DNA of 64,000 nt from Escherichia phage S143_2. Location: sequence record MZ189261.1. One strand, written 5' to 3'. Made by a program: the position numbers and the translations under genes. This document shows, one piece after another, positions 28,875 to 43,061 of this stretch (position 1 is its first letter; every line of letters starts with the position of its first letter). The notes under the pieces are model-generated. The model saw nothing but the letters and a program-made list of their open reading frames with translations, was not told where the DNA came from and made no database searches.

Positions 28875-30454
28875 GTAATAACAATACATACCAACACGTT
28901 TCAAACGAATCCATTTACGTTGAATTCGACCCTACGGGGTCGAATTTTCCAGATACAGTCACTAATGTCCAAGCCGCATTAGCTGCTATTTCTCCTTCAG
29001 GTGTTAATGGTGTACCGGAAGCAACAACTACTACACCAGGAATTATTCAAATAGCTACTCCACAAGAAGTTATTGATGGATTAGATAATAGTAAAGCTGT
29101 TACTCCGGCAACACTGAATGCTCGTCTACAATATCCTAATGCAACCGAAACTCAATATGGCTTAACTCGTTATGCGACTGAAGATGAAGCAGTAACCGGA
29201 GCTATTGACGATGCATCAATTACTCCGCTTAAATTAAATCAAAAAATAGACAATGTATTTCAGACAAAAGTGTCGACAGAAGCAACAAATGGTGTAATTA
29301 AAATTTCAACTTCTGCCGCGGCATTAGCTGGTTCTGACGATACAACGGCAATGACTCCGTTAAAAACGCAACAATTAGCAATTAAACTTATTTCGCAAAT
29401 TGCTCCAAATAATAGTGACGCCACCGAATCTATTACAGGTGTTGTTCGTTTGGCTACAGTTGCTCAAGCACAACAAGGCACCCTGCGTGAAGGCTATGCA
29501 ATTTCACCTTATACCTTTATGAATTCAGTAGCATCAGAAACTAATAAAGGTGTCGTTAAACTAGGGACACAGACTGAAGTAAATAGTAACAACTCTTCAG
29601 TTGTAGTGACCGGCGCAACATTAAACGGACGTGGGGCTACAACTTCTTTACGTGGAGTTGTTCGTTTAACTACACAAGCCGGTAGCCAATCAGGTGGTGA
29701 TGGTTCTTCTGCCCTTGCTTGGAATGCTGATGTTATCCACCAACGAGGTGGACAAACTATTAATGGCACGCTTCGCATTAATAATACGTTGACGGTTGGT
29801 TCTGGTGGAGCTAATATAACTGGTAATGTCAATATGACCGGTGGTTATATTCAAGGCAATCGTATTGTGACTCAAAATGAATTAGACCGAATTCTTCCAG
29901 TTGGCGCTATTACAATGTGGGCTGCAGATAGTTTACCGAGTTCTGACTGGCGCTTCTGTCATGGTGGGACCGTTTCTGCTTCAGAATGCCCGGTATATGC
30001 TTCCAGAATTGGGACACGATATGGTGGTAGTTCTTCTAACCCAGGCTTGCCTGATATGCGTGGATTATTTGTTCGCGGCTCAGGTCGTGGTAACCATTTA
30101 ACTAACCCTAATGTTAATGGTAATGACCAATTCGGTAAGCCTCGTCTGGCGGTAGGTTGTACCGGTGGATATGTTGGTGAAGTGCAAAAACAACAGATGT
30201 CATATCATAAGCATGCTGGTGGTTTTGGTGAATATGACGATTCCGGTGCATTTGGTAATACTCGTCGTTCAAACTTTGTTGGTACTCGTAAAGGACTTGA
30301 CTGGGATAACCGTTCGTATTTTACTAACGAGGGATATGAAATTGATCCGGCGTCTCAGCGTAACTCTAGATATACCATGAATCGTCCAGAATTAATTGGA
30401 AATGAAACTCGCCCATGGAATATTTCTTTAAACTATATCATTAAGGTAAAATAA
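28871..30454 (+). CDS. 12: gp12 short tail fibre
   Basis: 527 aa as T4 gp12. Confidence 0.9.
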   Translation: MSNNNTYQHVSNESIYVEFDPTGSNFPDTVTNVQAALAAISPSGVNGVPEATTTTPGIIQIATPQEVIDGLDNSKAVTPATLNARLQYPNATETQYGLTRYATEDEAVTGAIDDASITPLKLNQKIDNVFQTKVSTEATNGVIKISTSAAALAGSDDTTAMTPLKTQQLAIKLISQIAPNNSDATESITGVVRLATVAQAQQGTLREGYAISPYTFMNSVASETNKGVVKLGTQTEVNSNNSSVVVTGATLNGRGATTSLRGVVRLTTQAGSQSGGDGSSALAWNADVIHQRGGQTINGTLRINNTLTVGSGGANITGNVNMTGGYIQGNRIVTQNELDRILPVGAITMWAADSLPSSDWRFCHGGTVSASECPVYASRIGTRYGGSSSNPGLPDMRGLFVRGSGRGNHLTNPNVNGNDQFGKPRLAVGCTGGYVGEVQKQQMSYHKHAGGFGEYDDSGAFGNTRRSNFVGTRKGLDWDNRSYFTNEGYEIDPASQRNSRYTMNRPELIGNETRPWNISLNYIIKVK

Positions 30455-31902
30455 TGACTGATATAACTCTGGTAGATTTACCATATGTTGACGGCCCGCC
30501 AGACGCGGGTCAGAGCCGTATTGAATGGATTAAAAACGATGAAGAAATAACAGGTGCTGACACAAAATACGGTTCTGAAGGTGTAATGAACCGTCCTATT
30601 GTTGAAGTTCAACGTAACGTAGAAGCGTTAGATGTTAATATTAAAACTATAGCATCTTCTTTGAATACGGCCAATGAAGATATCAAAGTTATTCAAGGTA
30701 TTTTAGATGTTTCCGGGGATGTTGATGCTCTTGCACAGATAGGCCAGAACACCCAAGATATCGATGTCATTAAAGTCACAGTTCAAACCCATGCTAGTGA
30801 ATTGAATGATTTGAATAAACATATTGATGCGAATACTGATGATATTGGCGTTTATAATCAGGAAACAGATTCAGTTTATAGAACTGTTCGTAACGACCTG
30901 CTTTGGATTAAAAATGAATTAGGACAATATACCGGTCAAGATATTAATGGGGTTCCTACTCCAGGAAATGATAGCACTGGTATGAAACGCCGTATTATGA
31001 CTAATAGCTCCGTGATTGTTGACCACGGTGTTCGATTAACTGATTTAGAAACTAAATTTGCTGATTCTGACGTCGGCTCTTTAACTAATGAAGTCGAACA
31101 CTTACGCGAAGAAATGGGGCCTCGCACTTCTTTCACTACTCCAGTATTTAGTCGTCTTTCCGGTATTGATTTAACTTTGTCGCGTCAAAATGCTGACTTA
31201 GATGGCATTAAACAGTCTATTGGGTATCCTAATACGACTTCTATTATTACTACAACTAATGCGAATAGTTCAGCAATAAACGACATTAATCTTGAGCTCA
31301 ATCAATCGGGTGGTATTAAACCTCGTTTGACCACAGTAGAAACTGCCATTGGCGCCGATGATTTGCCTACTACAATCCAAGGACGTATTAAACTCAATAC
31401 TGATGCTATCGGAGCATTGAACACTGTTGTCGGCTCTGATTCTTCGTCAGGATTGCGTTTTAATGTGTCATGGTTAAATAACGTAGTCGGTGTTGACGCT
31501 TCAGGTGGGAAACCGGAACCAGAAGGCTCTTTGCTTTATCGTACTAGAGCGCTTGAAGGATCTATCGGTGAGATGAGTAACGACATTCAGAACATTCAAA
31601 CTGATGTTGGGACTAATACCACAGGGGTTAAGGGTTCTGTAAACACATTAAATACTCTTATAAACGGCACCAACCCAAATGGTTCGACTGTTGAAGAACG
31701 TGGTATATTGCCTACAGTTAAAAGTCATGATACGACAATTAATGGTTTAACTTCTAGAATTGCTACTCTTGAAACTGATTTGGCCGCTGCAGAAGCTGAA
31801 ATCCAAACTCTTAAGGACGCTGGATATATTGAAGATGCTCCTTCAGACGGTAAATTCTATGTTCGCAAAGACGGTGCATGGGTTGAACTTCCTACAGCTT
31901 AA
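30454..31902 (+). CDS. wac: fibritin (whisker antigen control)
   Basis: 482 aa coiled-coil with C-terminal GYIEDAPSDGKFYVRKDGAWVELP foldon. Confidence 0.92.
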   Translation: MTDITLVDLPYVDGPPDAGQSRIEWIKNDEEITGADTKYGSEGVMNRPIVEVQRNVEALDVNIKTIASSLNTANEDIKVIQGILDVSGDVDALAQIGQNTQDIDVIKVTVQTHASELNDLNKHIDANTDDIGVYNQETDSVYRTVRNDLLWIKNELGQYTGQDINGVPTPGNDSTGMKRRIMTNSSVIVDHGVRLTDLETKFADSDVGSLTNEVEHLREEMGPRTSFTTPVFSRLSGIDLTLSRQNADLDGIKQSIGYPNTTSIITTTNANSSAINDINLELNQSGGIKPRLTTVETAIGADDLPTTIQGRIKLNTDAIGALNTVVGSDSSSGLRFNVSWLNNVVGVDASGGKPEPEGSLLYRTRALEGSIGEMSNDIQNIQTDVGTNTTGVKGSVNTLNTLINGTNPNGSTVEERGILPTVKSHDTTINGLTSRIATLETDLAAAEAEIQTLKDAGYIEDAPSDGKFYVRKDGAWVELPTA

Positions 31903-31934
31903 TGAAAAGGGCCTTCGGGCCCTAAAGGATTTAT

Positions 31935-32861
31935 ATGTCAGGTTATAATGCACAAAACCCTAAAGAATTAAAGGATGTAATATTACGTCGTTTAGGCGCT
32001 CCTATTGTAAATGTTGAATTAACTACAGACCAAATTTATGATTGTATTTCACGAGCGTTAGAACTTTATGGCGAATACCATTTTGACGGGTTGAATAAAG
32101 GTTTCCATGTATTTTTTGTTGATGACGAAGAAAAATACCGTCACGGCGTATTTGATATGCGTGGTTCTAACGTATTTGCTGTAACAAGAATTATAAGAAC
32201 AAATGTTGGCTCTATTACTTCAATGGATGGTAATGCAACTTATCCATGGTTCACTGATTTCCTTTTAGGAATGGCCGGTGTTTCAGGTGGTATGGGTAGT
32301 AATTGTGGTAAATTCTACGGCCCGAACGCTTTTGGCGCTGACCTCGGGTATTATTCTCAATTAGTATCTTATATGGGTATGCTTCAAGATATGATTGCTC
32401 CTCTTCCAGATTTTTGGTTTAACTCTGCAAACGAGCAATTAAAAGTAATGGGTAACTTTAGACAGAAAGATGTCATTATCGTTGAATCATATGTTCGCTC
32501 TTATATCGAGACCCATAAGATGGTAGGAAATACAGTAGGGTACGGTCAGGTCGGTCCTCGTGATTCATGGTCTATTTCTGAACGTTATGATAATCCAGAC
32601 CATAATTTGGTCGGACGTCGAGTTGGTGAAGATCCTGCAACTAAACAAGGCGCATATAACAACCGCTGGGTTAAAGATTATGCAACTGCATTAGCTAAAG
32701 AGCTTAATGGACAAATTCTTGCTAAACATCAAGGTATGATGTTACCGGGTGGCGTCACTGTTGATGGTGTTCGATTAATTGAAGAAGCTCGTTTAGAGAA
32801 AGAAGCTTTACGAGAAGAGTTATATTTACTGGACCCTCCTGCAGGTATTTTGGTAGGTTAA
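31935..32861 (+). CDS. 13: gp13 neck protein
   Basis: 308 aa (T4 309 aa); synteny. Confidence 0.9.
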   Translation: MSGYNAQNPKELKDVILRRLGAPIVNVELTTDQIYDCISRALELYGEYHFDGLNKGFHVFFVDDEEKYRHGVFDMRGSNVFAVTRIIRTNVGSITSMDGNATYPWFTDFLLGMAGVSGGMGSNCGKFYGPNAFGADLGYYSQLVSYMGMLQDMIAPLPDFWFNSANEQLKVMGNFRQKDVIIVESYVRSYIETHKMVGNTVGYGQVGPRDSWSISERYDNPDHNLVGRRVGEDPATKQGAYNNRWVKDYATALAKELNGQILAKHQGMMLPGGVTVDGVRLIEEARLEKEALREELYLLDPPAGILVG

Positions 32862-32862
32862 T

Positions 32863-33498
32863 ATGGCAACATACTACAGATTGTATATTACAACATTTGA
32901 AACATCCACCGGTATAAAGATTTATGGTGGTAAACACAAATCAGTTTACGAAGACCCTTCAAAAGACCCTTATACTGGGTCTGGTACCTTTATACGAAGG
33001 GCCAAAAGAAAATACGGTCCGTCTTGTATAAAAGAAATTATATGGTCTAAGCCATTTGAATCTAAAGCTCTAATGGATGAAGCTGAAGAGTTACTGGTAG
33101 ATGAATTATCCATTTTAGAAAATTGCGCAAATCTTGTTAAAGGTGGTGCAGGCGGAAGGTCGTATATTAACCCAGAAGATAATCCATCTATAGGACAAAA
33201 ACGTTCAGCCCAATCTAAAAAGAAAATGTCTGACGCCGCAAAATCAAGAAAATGGACTGAAGAAGGGTTAAGAAAACGTAAAGAATCTACAGCAAGAATG
33301 TGGAAAGATTTCAAACATAGACATCCTGATTTTTCTGGTTCAAAAAATCCAGCAGCTCGAAAAGTTAGTGTAAATGGTAAAATATTTAACACCTGCAAAG
33401 AATGTGGTGAAGAATTTAATATCACATCAAGCGCGGTTATAGGCCGATGCAAAAACAACAAACCTAAATGGGCAGGATGGAATTATGTCGACGTATAA
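32863..33498 (+). mobile_element. extra 211-aa ORF between genes 13 and 14; putative homing-endonuclease-like protein with C-terminal Cys cluster
   Basis: Not present between 13 and 14 in T4 as I recall; N-terminus YRLYITTFETSTGIKIYGG loosely GIY-(10)-YIG-like; C-terminal CKEC...C; 3' end overlaps gene 14 start. Confidence 0.4.
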
Positions 33499-34249
33499 TT
33501 CAAATTTATTTGCAAAGTTAGAAAACCGAGAAGGCTATTCTAAAACTAATGAAACCGAGATTTTAAACAAATACGTGAACTTCAACAAATACGAAAATAG
33601 TCAGACATTAGCCGATGTTCTAGTGGCAGAAAGCATACAGATGCGCGGTATTGAATGTTTTTATGTTCCACGTGAATATGTTGCCGTGGACCTTATCTTT
33701 GGTGAGGACCTTAAAAATAAATTTACTAAAGCATGGAAATTTGCTGCATATCTGAACTCTTTTGAAGGTTATGAAGGAGCGAAATCGTTCTTCAGCAACT
33801 TCGGAATGCAAGTTCAAGACGAAGTTACATTATCTATTAACCCAGGTCTTTTCAAACACCAGGTCAACAATCAGGAGCCCAAGGAAGGTGATTTAATATA
33901 CTTCCCAATGGACAACAGTTTGTTTGAGATTAACTGGGTTGAACCATATGACCCATTCTATCAAGTAGGTAAAAATGCGATTCGTAAAATTACTGCAGGC
34001 AAGTTTATTTACTCTGGCGAAGAAATCAATCCGGTGCTTCAGAAAAATGAAGGTATCAATATACCTGAATTTAGTGACTTGGAACTTAACCCTGTTAGAA
34101 ATCTTGACGGTATCCATGACATTAATATCGATGAATATTCTGAAGTTGAGCAAATCAATTCAGAGGCAAGTGAATATGTTGAGCCGTATGTAGTAGTTAA
34201 CAACCGTGGTAGACAAAATTCACCATTTGACGATGGGTTTATGAATTAA
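33485..34249 (+). CDS. 14: gp14 neck protein
   Basis: 254 aa (T4 256 aa). Confidence 0.9.
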   Translation: MSTYNSNLFAKLENREGYSKTNETEILNKYVNFNKYENSQTLADVLVAESIQMRGIECFYVPREYVAVDLIFGEDLKNKFTKAWKFAAYLNSFEGYEGAKSFFSNFGMQVQDEVTLSINPGLFKHQVNNQEPKEGDLIYFPMDNSLFEINWVEPYDPFYQVGKNAIRKITAGKFIYSGEEINPVLQKNEGINIPEFSDLELNPVRNLDGIHDINIDEYSEVEQINSEASEYVEPYVVVNNRGRQNSPFDDGFMN

Positions 34250-34301
34250 TAAATAGATAAGATAAAGCAAACACCGGTCGAAAGGCCGGTTAGGAGAAAT
34301 G

Positions 34302-35123
34302 ATGTTTGGTTATTTTTACAACTCGTCGTTCAGGCGATATATCACAATGATGGGCGATTTGTTTTCAAATATCCAAGTTAACCGTCAATTGTCTACAGGC
34401 AATAAATTAATTAGAGTTCCTATTACGTACGCATCTAAAGAGCACTTTATGATGAAACTTAATAAATGGACCTCTATAAACTCACAAGAAGATGTGGCTA
34501 AAGTCGAAACTATTCTACCACGTATAAATCTCCAAATGGTAGATTTCGTTTATAACCCAACGTTTAAAACGAATATATTGAATAACTCTCTTTTGAGTAA
34601 ATCGACTAAGGATATTGTAGACCAATACAACCCATCACCAATTAAAATGATTTTTGAACTGAGCATCTTTACTCGTTATGAAGATGATATGTTCCAAATC
34701 GTTGAGCAAATTATTCCATATTTTCAGCCGCATTTTAATACGACTATGATTGAGCAATATGGGCAGGATATTCCATTTGAAAGGGATATTAAAGTCGTAT
34801 GGATGGCAGCATCAATGGATGAACAAATAGACGGTGATAATTTATCTCGTCGACGTTTAGAGTGGTCATTAACATTTGAAGTAAATGGATGGATGTATCC
34901 TCCGGTAGGCGCAGCAGAAGGCCTTATTAAAACGACTTATCTTGATTTTCATGCTAATGAACGAGACCTTCAATCAGCCGCCAGCGTTTTTGAATCAGTT
35001 GATACAGAAATTAAACCGAGAGACGTTGAAGCACAAGATTGGAATGGCGAAGTTGAACAAACTTATACTCATGATATTCCAATCCCGACTCCACCAACCC
35101 CTCCTGGTCCTAGAAAACAATAA
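34302..35123 (+). CDS. 15: gp15 tail terminator / sheath stabiliser
   Basis: MFGYFYNSSFRRY... as T4 gp15. Confidence 0.9.
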   Translation: MFGYFYNSSFRRYITMMGDLFSNIQVNRQLSTGNKLIRVPITYASKEHFMMKLNKWTSINSQEDVAKVETILPRINLQMVDFVYNPTFKTNILNNSLLSKSTKDIVDQYNPSPIKMIFELSIFTRYEDDMFQIVEQIIPYFQPHFNTTMIEQYGQDIPFERDIKVVWMAASMDEQIDGDNLSRRRLEWSLTFEVNGWMYPPVGAAEGLIKTTYLDFHANERDLQSAASVFESVDTEIKPRDVEAQDWNGEVEQTYTHDIPIPTPPTPPGPRKQ

Positions 35124-37449
<2,326 letters not shown>

Positions 37450-37476
37450 AAATAAAGCAAATTAAGAGGAATTAAA

Positions 37477-39459
37477 ATGGCACTTCTCTCTCCGGGCGTT
37501 GAGCTCAAAGAAACTACCGTACAGAGTACTGTAGTTAATAACTCCACTGGTACTGCTGCCCTGGCTGGAAAATTCCAATGGGGACCGGCATTCCAGATTA
37601 AACAAATCACTGATGAAGTTGCATTAGTTGATATGTTTGGTACTCCTAATACGGATACAGCAGATTATTTCATGTCTGCTATGAACTTCCTTCAATATGG
37701 TAATGACCTTCGTGTTGTACGCGCAGTTGATCGTGATACTGCTAAGAACTCATCTCCTGTAGCAGGCAATATTGAATTCACAATCTCTGCTACCGGTAGT
37801 AACTATGCAGTCGGTGATAAAATTATCGTTAAGTATTTGACCGAAACTGTTGAAGCAGATGGTTATGTCACTTCAGTTGATGTTGACGGTAAAATTCTTA
37901 ACATTTATATCCCAACTGGTAAAATTATTGCTCGTGCAAAAGAAATTAATGAATATCCGGCATTGGGTTCTAATTGGACGGCCGAAGTTGCCAGTTCTTC
38001 TTCTGGACTTTCTGGCGTTATTACAATTGGTTCTATCGTAACCGATTCGGGTATTCTGTTAACTGAAGTTGAAACTTCTGAAGAAGCTATTACTTCTCTA
38101 ACTTTCCAAGAATCTATTAAAAAATATGGTGTCCCAGGCGTAGTTGCTCTTTATCCTGGTGAACTTGGCGACCAGCTTGAAATTGAAATCGTATCTAAAG
38201 CAGACTATGACAAAGGTGCTTCAGCCCAGTTAAAAATTTATCCTGATGGTGGTACTCGTGCATCTACTGCTAAAGCAGTGTTTGGATATGGCCCACAAAC
38301 TGATGACCAATATGCAATTATTGTTCGTCGTAACGATGCTGTAGTTCAGAGCGTAATTCTTTCTACTAAGCGTGGTGAACGCGATATTTATGGTAGTAAT
38401 ATCTTTATTGATGATTTCTTTGCTAAAGGCGCAAGCAATTATATTTTCGCTACTTCACAAGGTTGGCCAAAAGGTTTCTCTGGCGTAATCAAACTGGGTG
38501 GCGGCTTATCATCTAATGAAACGGTTGACGCTGGTGATTTAATGGAAGCTTGGGATTTGTTTGCTGACCGTGAATCTGTTAATGCGCAGTTGTTTATTGC
38601 TGGTTCTTGTGCAGGTGAATCTTTAGAAGTTGCTTCTACAGTTCAGAAACATGTTGTAGCAATTGGTGATTCTCGCCAAGATTGTTTGGTTCTTTGCTCA
38701 CCGCCACGTGCAACTATAGTCGGTATTCCTGTTAATCGTGCAGTTGATAATCTGGTTGATTGGCGTACTGCGTCAGGAACTTACACTGATAATAACTTTA
38801 ATGTAAGTTCTACTTATGCTGCTATTGACGGTAACTATAAATATCAATATGACAAATATAATGACGTGAATCGTTGGGTTCCATTAGCTGCTGATATTGC
38901 TGGTCTTTGTGCTCGCACAGACAATATTTCTCAGCCTTGGATGTCTCCTGCCGGTTATAACCGTGGACAAATTCTTAACGTTATTAAGCTTGCAATTGAA
39001 ACTCGCCAAGCGCAGCGTGATCGTTTGTATCAGGAAGCTATTAACCCTGTTACTGGTACAGGTGGTGATGGGTATGTTCTGTACGGTGATAAAACTGCCA
39101 CTTCTGTTCCTTCACCATTTGACCGTATTAACGTTCGTCGTTTGTTCAATATGGTTAAAACGAACATTGGTTCAGCATCTAAATATCGCCTGTTTGAATT
39201 GAACAACGCATTTACCCGTTCTTCTTTCCGTACAGAGACTTCTCAATATCTACAGGGTATTAAAGCTCTTGGTGGTGTATATAACTTTAAAGTTGTTTGT
39301 GATACTACCAATAACACCCCAGCAGTTATCGACCGTAATGAATTTGTAGCTACTTTCTACTTACAACCTGCCCGCTCGATAAATTATATTACGTTGAACT
39401 TTGTAGCAACAGCAACTGGTGCCGATTTCGACGAACTAATTGGTACTGTAAGTGGCTAA
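37477..39459 (+). CDS. 18: gp18 tail sheath
   Basis: 660 aa (T4 659 aa). Confidence 0.93.
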   Translation: MALLSPGVELKETTVQSTVVNNSTGTAALAGKFQWGPAFQIKQITDEVALVDMFGTPNTDTADYFMSAMNFLQYGNDLRVVRAVDRDTAKNSSPVAGNIEFTISATGSNYAVGDKIIVKYLTETVEADGYVTSVDVDGKILNIYIPTGKIIARAKEINEYPALGSNWTAEVASSSSGLSGVITIGSIVTDSGILLTEVETSEEAITSLTFQESIKKYGVPGVVALYPGELGDQLEIEIVSKADYDKGASAQLKIYPDGGTRASTAKAVFGYGPQTDDQYAIIVRRNDAVVQSVILSTKRGERDIYGSNIFIDDFFAKGASNYIFATSQGWPKGFSGVIKLGGGLSSNETVDAGDLMEAWDLFADRESVNAQLFIAGSCAGESLEVASTVQKHVVAIGDSRQDCLVLCSPPRATIVGIPVNRAVDNLVDWRTASGTYTDNNFNVSSTYAAIDGNYKYQYDKYNDVNRWVPLAADIAGLCARTDNISQPWMSPAGYNRGQILNVIKLAIETRQAQRDRLYQEAINPVTGTGGDGYVLYGDKTATSVPSPFDRINVRRLFNMVKTNIGSASKYRLFELNNAFTRSSFRTETSQYLQGIKALGGVYNFKVVCDTTNNTPAVIDRNEFVATFYLQPARSINYITLNFVATATGADFDELIGTVSG

Positions 39460-39491
39460 TAAGACGCCTGATGGGCTATTTCGGTAGCCCA

Positions 39492-39499
39492 TATAAATA
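39492..39499 (+). promoter_or_regulatory. late promoter TATAAATA upstream of gene 19, preceded by hairpin GGGCTA..TAGCCC
   Basis: Exact octamer. Confidence 0.7.
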
Positions 39500-39572
39500 T
39501 AACTATATCGTTTAAAAATTAATTCTATGGGCATCTGGTTAATCCTAAGCCCATATTACTACAGAGGCTAAT

Positions 39573-40064
39573 ATGTTTGTAGATGACGTAACTCGCGCCT
39601 TCGAATCAGGTGATTTCGCTCGCCCTAACCTGTTCGAAGTAGAAATCTCTTATCTTGGGCAAAACTTTAGCTTCCAGTGTCGTGCTACGGCTCTTCCTGC
39701 TGCGATCGTTGAAAAGGTTCCTGTTTCTTATATGAACCGTAAAATTAACGTGGCTGGTGATCGTACATTCGATGATTGGACTATTACAGTAATGAACGAT
39801 GATGCTCATAGCATTCGTCAGAAATTTGTTGATTGGCAAGGTATTGCAGCAGGACAAGGTAATGAAATTACCGGTGGTAAACCTGCCGAATATAAAAAGA
39901 CTGCTATCGTTCGTCAATTTGCTCGTGATGCTAAAACGGTCACTAAAGAAGTTGAAATTGTTGGCTTGTGGCCTACTAACGTTGGTGAAGTATCTCTTGA
40001 TTGGGACAGCAATAACGAGATTGAAACGTTCGAAGTAACTCTTGCTCTTGATTGGTGGGAATAA
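39573..40064 (+). CDS. 19: gp19 tail tube
   Basis: 163 aa as T4 gp19. Confidence 0.93.
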   Translation: MFVDDVTRAFESGDFARPNLFEVEISYLGQNFSFQCRATALPAAIVEKVPVSYMNRKINVAGDRTFDDWTITVMNDDAHSIRQKFVDWQGIAAGQGNEITGGKPAEYKKTAIVRQFARDAKTVTKEVEIVGLWPTNVGEVSLDWDSNNEIETFEVTLALDWWE

Positions 40065-40112
40065 TCTGGTTGGGGAGAAATCCCCAGCTTCCCGTGATGA
40101 CGGAGAAGTCCA

Positions 40113-40120
40113 TATAAATA
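40113..40120 (+). promoter_or_regulatory. late promoter TATAAATA upstream of gene 20, preceded by hairpin TGGGGA..TCCCCA
   Basis: Exact octamer. Confidence 0.7.
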
Positions 40121-40148
40121 TAACTATAATTCCCATTCGGAGAATACA

Positions 40149-41720
40149 ATGAAATTTAATATCTTAAGTTTGTTTGCTCCATGGGCAAAAATGGACGAAC
40201 GTGATTACAAAGACCAAGAAAAAGAAAATTTAGAATCTATCACCACACCAAAATTAGACGACGGCGCTAAAGAATACGAAGTATCTGAAAATGAAGCACA
40301 GCAAACATATAATGCTATGTTTCAGAGAATGTTCGGTAGTCAAGAACCAGGGCTCAAATCAACCCGTGAATTAATCGATACGTATCGAAATTTGATGACG
40401 AACTATGAAGTGGATAACGCGGTCTCTGAAATAGTTTCCGATGCTATCGTGTATGAAGATGATACAGAAGTCGTTTCTATAAATTTAGACAACACAAAAT
40501 TTAGTCCAAATATCAAATCAATGATGTTGGATGAATTTAATGAAGTGTTAAATCATTTATCTTTCCAACGTAAAGGTTCAGATCATTTTAGACGTTGGTA
40601 TGTGGATTCTCGAATTTTCTTCCATAAAATTATTGACCCTAAACGCCCTAAAGAAGGTATTAAAGAGCTTCGTCGTTTAGACCCACGTCAAGTTCAATAT
40701 GTCCGTGAAGTTATTACAACCACTGAAGCCGGTGTTAAAATAGTCAAGGGTTATAAAGAATATTTCATTTATGACACGTCACACGAATCTTATGCTTGTG
40801 ATGGTCGCATATATGAAGCTGGCACAAAAATAAAAATCCCTAAAGCCGCGATTGTTTACGCCCATTCTGGTTTAGTTGATTGTTGTGGTAAAAATATCAT
40901 CGGTTATTTGCATCGGGCTATTAAGCCAGCGAACCAATTAAAACTTCTTGAAGATGCTGTCGTAATTTATCGTATTACTCGTGCTCCTGATCGTCGTGTA
41001 TGGTACGTTGATACAGGTAATATGCCTTCAAGAAAAGCAGCAGAACATATGCAACATGTTATGAATACGATGAAAAACCGTATTGCATATGATGCTACTA
41101 CAGGCAAGATTAAAAACCAGCAGCATATTATGTCGATGACCGAAGATTATTGGTTACAACGACGTGATGGTAAAGCAGTAACAGAAGTTGACACATTACC
41201 GGGTGCAGATAATACCGGAAATATGGAAGATGTACGTTGGTTCCGTAATGCGCTTTATATGGCTTTACGTATTCCTATTACCCGTATTCCAAGTGACCAA
41301 GGTGGTATACAGTTTGATGCTGGTACTTCTATTACACGAGATGAATTGTCATTTGGTAAATTTATTCGTGAGCTGCAACATAAATTTGAAGAGATATTCC
41401 TAGACCCGCTTAAAACTAATTTAATTCTTAAAGGAATTATTACAGAAGATGAGTGGAATGATGAAATAAATAATATTAAGATAAAATTTCATCGGGATAG
41501 TTATTTCTCGGAATTAAAGGATGCTGAGATTCTGGAGCGTCGCATTAATATGCTTCAGATGGCCGAACCATTTATTGGTAAATATATTTCTCACAGAACA
41601 GCTATGAAAGATATTCTTCAGATGTCTGACGAGGAAATTGAACAAGAGGCTAAGCAAATTGAAGAAGAGTCGAAAGAGGCTCGTTTCCAAGACCCCGACC
41701 AAGAACAAGAGGATTTTTAA
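40149..41720 (+). CDS. 20: gp20 portal vertex protein
   Basis: 523 aa (T4 524 aa). Confidence 0.93.
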   Translation: MKFNILSLFAPWAKMDERDYKDQEKENLESITTPKLDDGAKEYEVSENEAQQTYNAMFQRMFGSQEPGLKSTRELIDTYRNLMTNYEVDNAVSEIVSDAIVYEDDTEVVSINLDNTKFSPNIKSMMLDEFNEVLNHLSFQRKGSDHFRRWYVDSRIFFHKIIDPKRPKEGIKELRRLDPRQVQYVREVITTTEAGVKIVKGYKEYFIYDTSHESYACDGRIYEAGTKIKIPKAAIVYAHSGLVDCCGKNIIGYLHRAIKPANQLKLLEDAVVIYRITRAPDRRVWYVDTGNMPSRKAAEHMQHVMNTMKNRIAYDATTGKIKNQQHIMSMTEDYWLQRRDGKAVTEVDTLPGADNTGNMEDVRWFRNALYMALRIPITRIPSDQGGIQFDAGTSITRDELSFGKFIRELQHKFEEIFLDPLKTNLILKGIITEDEWNDEINNIKIKFHRDSYFSELKDAEILERRINMLQMAEPFIGKYISHRTAMKDILQMSDEEIEQEAKQIEEESKEARFQDPDQEQEDF

Positions 41721-41956
41721 TGGACGATTTAATTCAAGCTATTAAATCAAACGACCTCGTTGCTACTCGAAAGTTTTTTGAAAGTGCAATGGCAGAAAAA
41801 ACGGTTCGTTTGATTGAAGCACGCAAAGCAGAAATCGCGTCTCAATTTTTGATTGAAGGCGAAGAACCTGAAGAAGAAAAGAAAGCTAAAGCTTCGGAAG
41901 ACGACGCTGATGAAGGCGATGACGACGAAGACGAAGATGATGAGGACGATGAATAA
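41720..41956 (+). CDS. 67: gp67 prohead core protein
   Basis: 78 aa with acidic C-terminus [11 protein letters not shown]. Confidence 0.85.
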   Translation: MDDLIQAIKSNDLVATRKFFESAMAEKTVRLIEARKAEIASQFLIEGEEPEEEKKAKASEDDADEGDDDEDEDDEDDE

Positions 41957-42381
41957 TGTATCTTATCCCTGAATCTTATGAATTGGTACTCGAAAATGTC
42001 GAAGCACTTATTCCTGAAGCACAGGGCCGAATCGATGCATTGTCTTCTGCTCTCGATATTGACGATATAAATACTATTATCGAGAACATGCTTGAAACTG
42101 AAACGGATTTAGCTGTTGCAATGGCTTCCATTATTAATGAAGAACAGTTAAATGAGTTTATTGTTAAACATGTTTCTTCTCGTGGTGAAGTCACCCGCAC
42201 TAAAGACCGTAAAACTCGTGAACGTAACGCGTTCCAAACAACCGGTCTTTCTAAAGCAAAACGTAGACAAATCGCTCGTAAGGTCGTTAAAGCTAAAAAA
42301 GCTAACCCTTCAGGCCAAGTTAAAGGCTTGCGTAAGCGTAAAAAAGCTCTTAAACGTCGTAAAGCATTAGGATTAAGCTAA
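41956..42381 (+). CDS. 68: gp68 prohead core protein
   Basis: 141 aa as T4 gp68. Confidence 0.85.
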   Translation: MYLIPESYELVLENVEALIPEAQGRIDALSSALDIDDINTIIENMLETETDLAVAMASIINEEQLNEFIVKHVSSRGEVTRTKDRKTRERNAFQTTGLSKAKRRQIARKVVKAKKANPSGQVKGLRKRKKALKRRKALGLS

Positions 42382-43028
42382 TGAATAAACCCGAGTTACT
42401 TATTGAAACTTGGGGTCAACCCGGTGAGATTATTGATGGCGTTCCAATGTTGGAATCTCATGATGGAAAAGATTCTGGCTTAAAACCAGGGCTTTATATA
42501 GAAGGTATTTTTCTTCAGGCAGAGGTTGTTAACCGAAATAAACGTTTATATCCTAAACGCGTTTTGGAAAAAGCAGTAAGTGACTATATTAAAGAACAAG
42601 TCGCAACCAAACAAGCCCTTGGAGAATTAAACCATCCACCTCGTGCAAATGTTGACCCCATGCAAGCCGCTATCATTATTGAAGATATGTGGTGGAAAGG
42701 AAACGATGTATATGGACGTGCTAGAATTATTGAAGGCGACCATGGTCCCGGCGATAAATTAGCTGCTAATATACGAGCTGGTTGGATTCCAGGTGTTTCC
42801 TCTCGTGGTCTTGGTTCTTTAACCGACACCAATAAAGGGTACCGTATCGTGAACGAAGGATTTAAATTAACCGTCGGCGTAGATGCCGTATGGGGACCTT
42901 CCGCTCCAGATGCTTGGGTTACTCCTAAACAAATATCAGAATCAGAATCAGAAAATTCGGTGGAAACCGCCAAAAACAGTGCTGATGAAGCATTTAAAGC
43001 TCTCGCAGAGAGTTTAAAAGCATTATAA
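42381..43028 (+). CDS. 21: gp21 prohead core protease
   Basis: 215 aa (T4 212 aa). Confidence 0.9.
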   Translation: MNKPELLIETWGQPGEIIDGVPMLESHDGKDSGLKPGLYIEGIFLQAEVVNRNKRLYPKRVLEKAVSDYIKEQVATKQALGELNHPPRANVDPMQAAIIIEDMWWKGNDVYGRARIIEGDHGPGDKLAANIRAGWIPGVSSRGLGSLTDTNKGYRIVNEGFKLTVGVDAVWGPSAPDAWVTPKQISESESENSVETAKNSADEAFKALAESLKAL

Positions 43029-43031
43029 ATA
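43024..43031 (+). promoter_or_regulatory. late promoter TATAAATA upstream of gene 22
   Basis: Exact octamer. Confidence 0.65.
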
Positions 43032-43061
43032 ATAATGTAATCTAAACCACAGGACACTAAA

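Noticed and set aside
34250-34298. Late promoter upstream of gene 15 (AATAAATA)
   Set aside because: Only a 7 of 8 match to TATAAATA; not reported as a feature.
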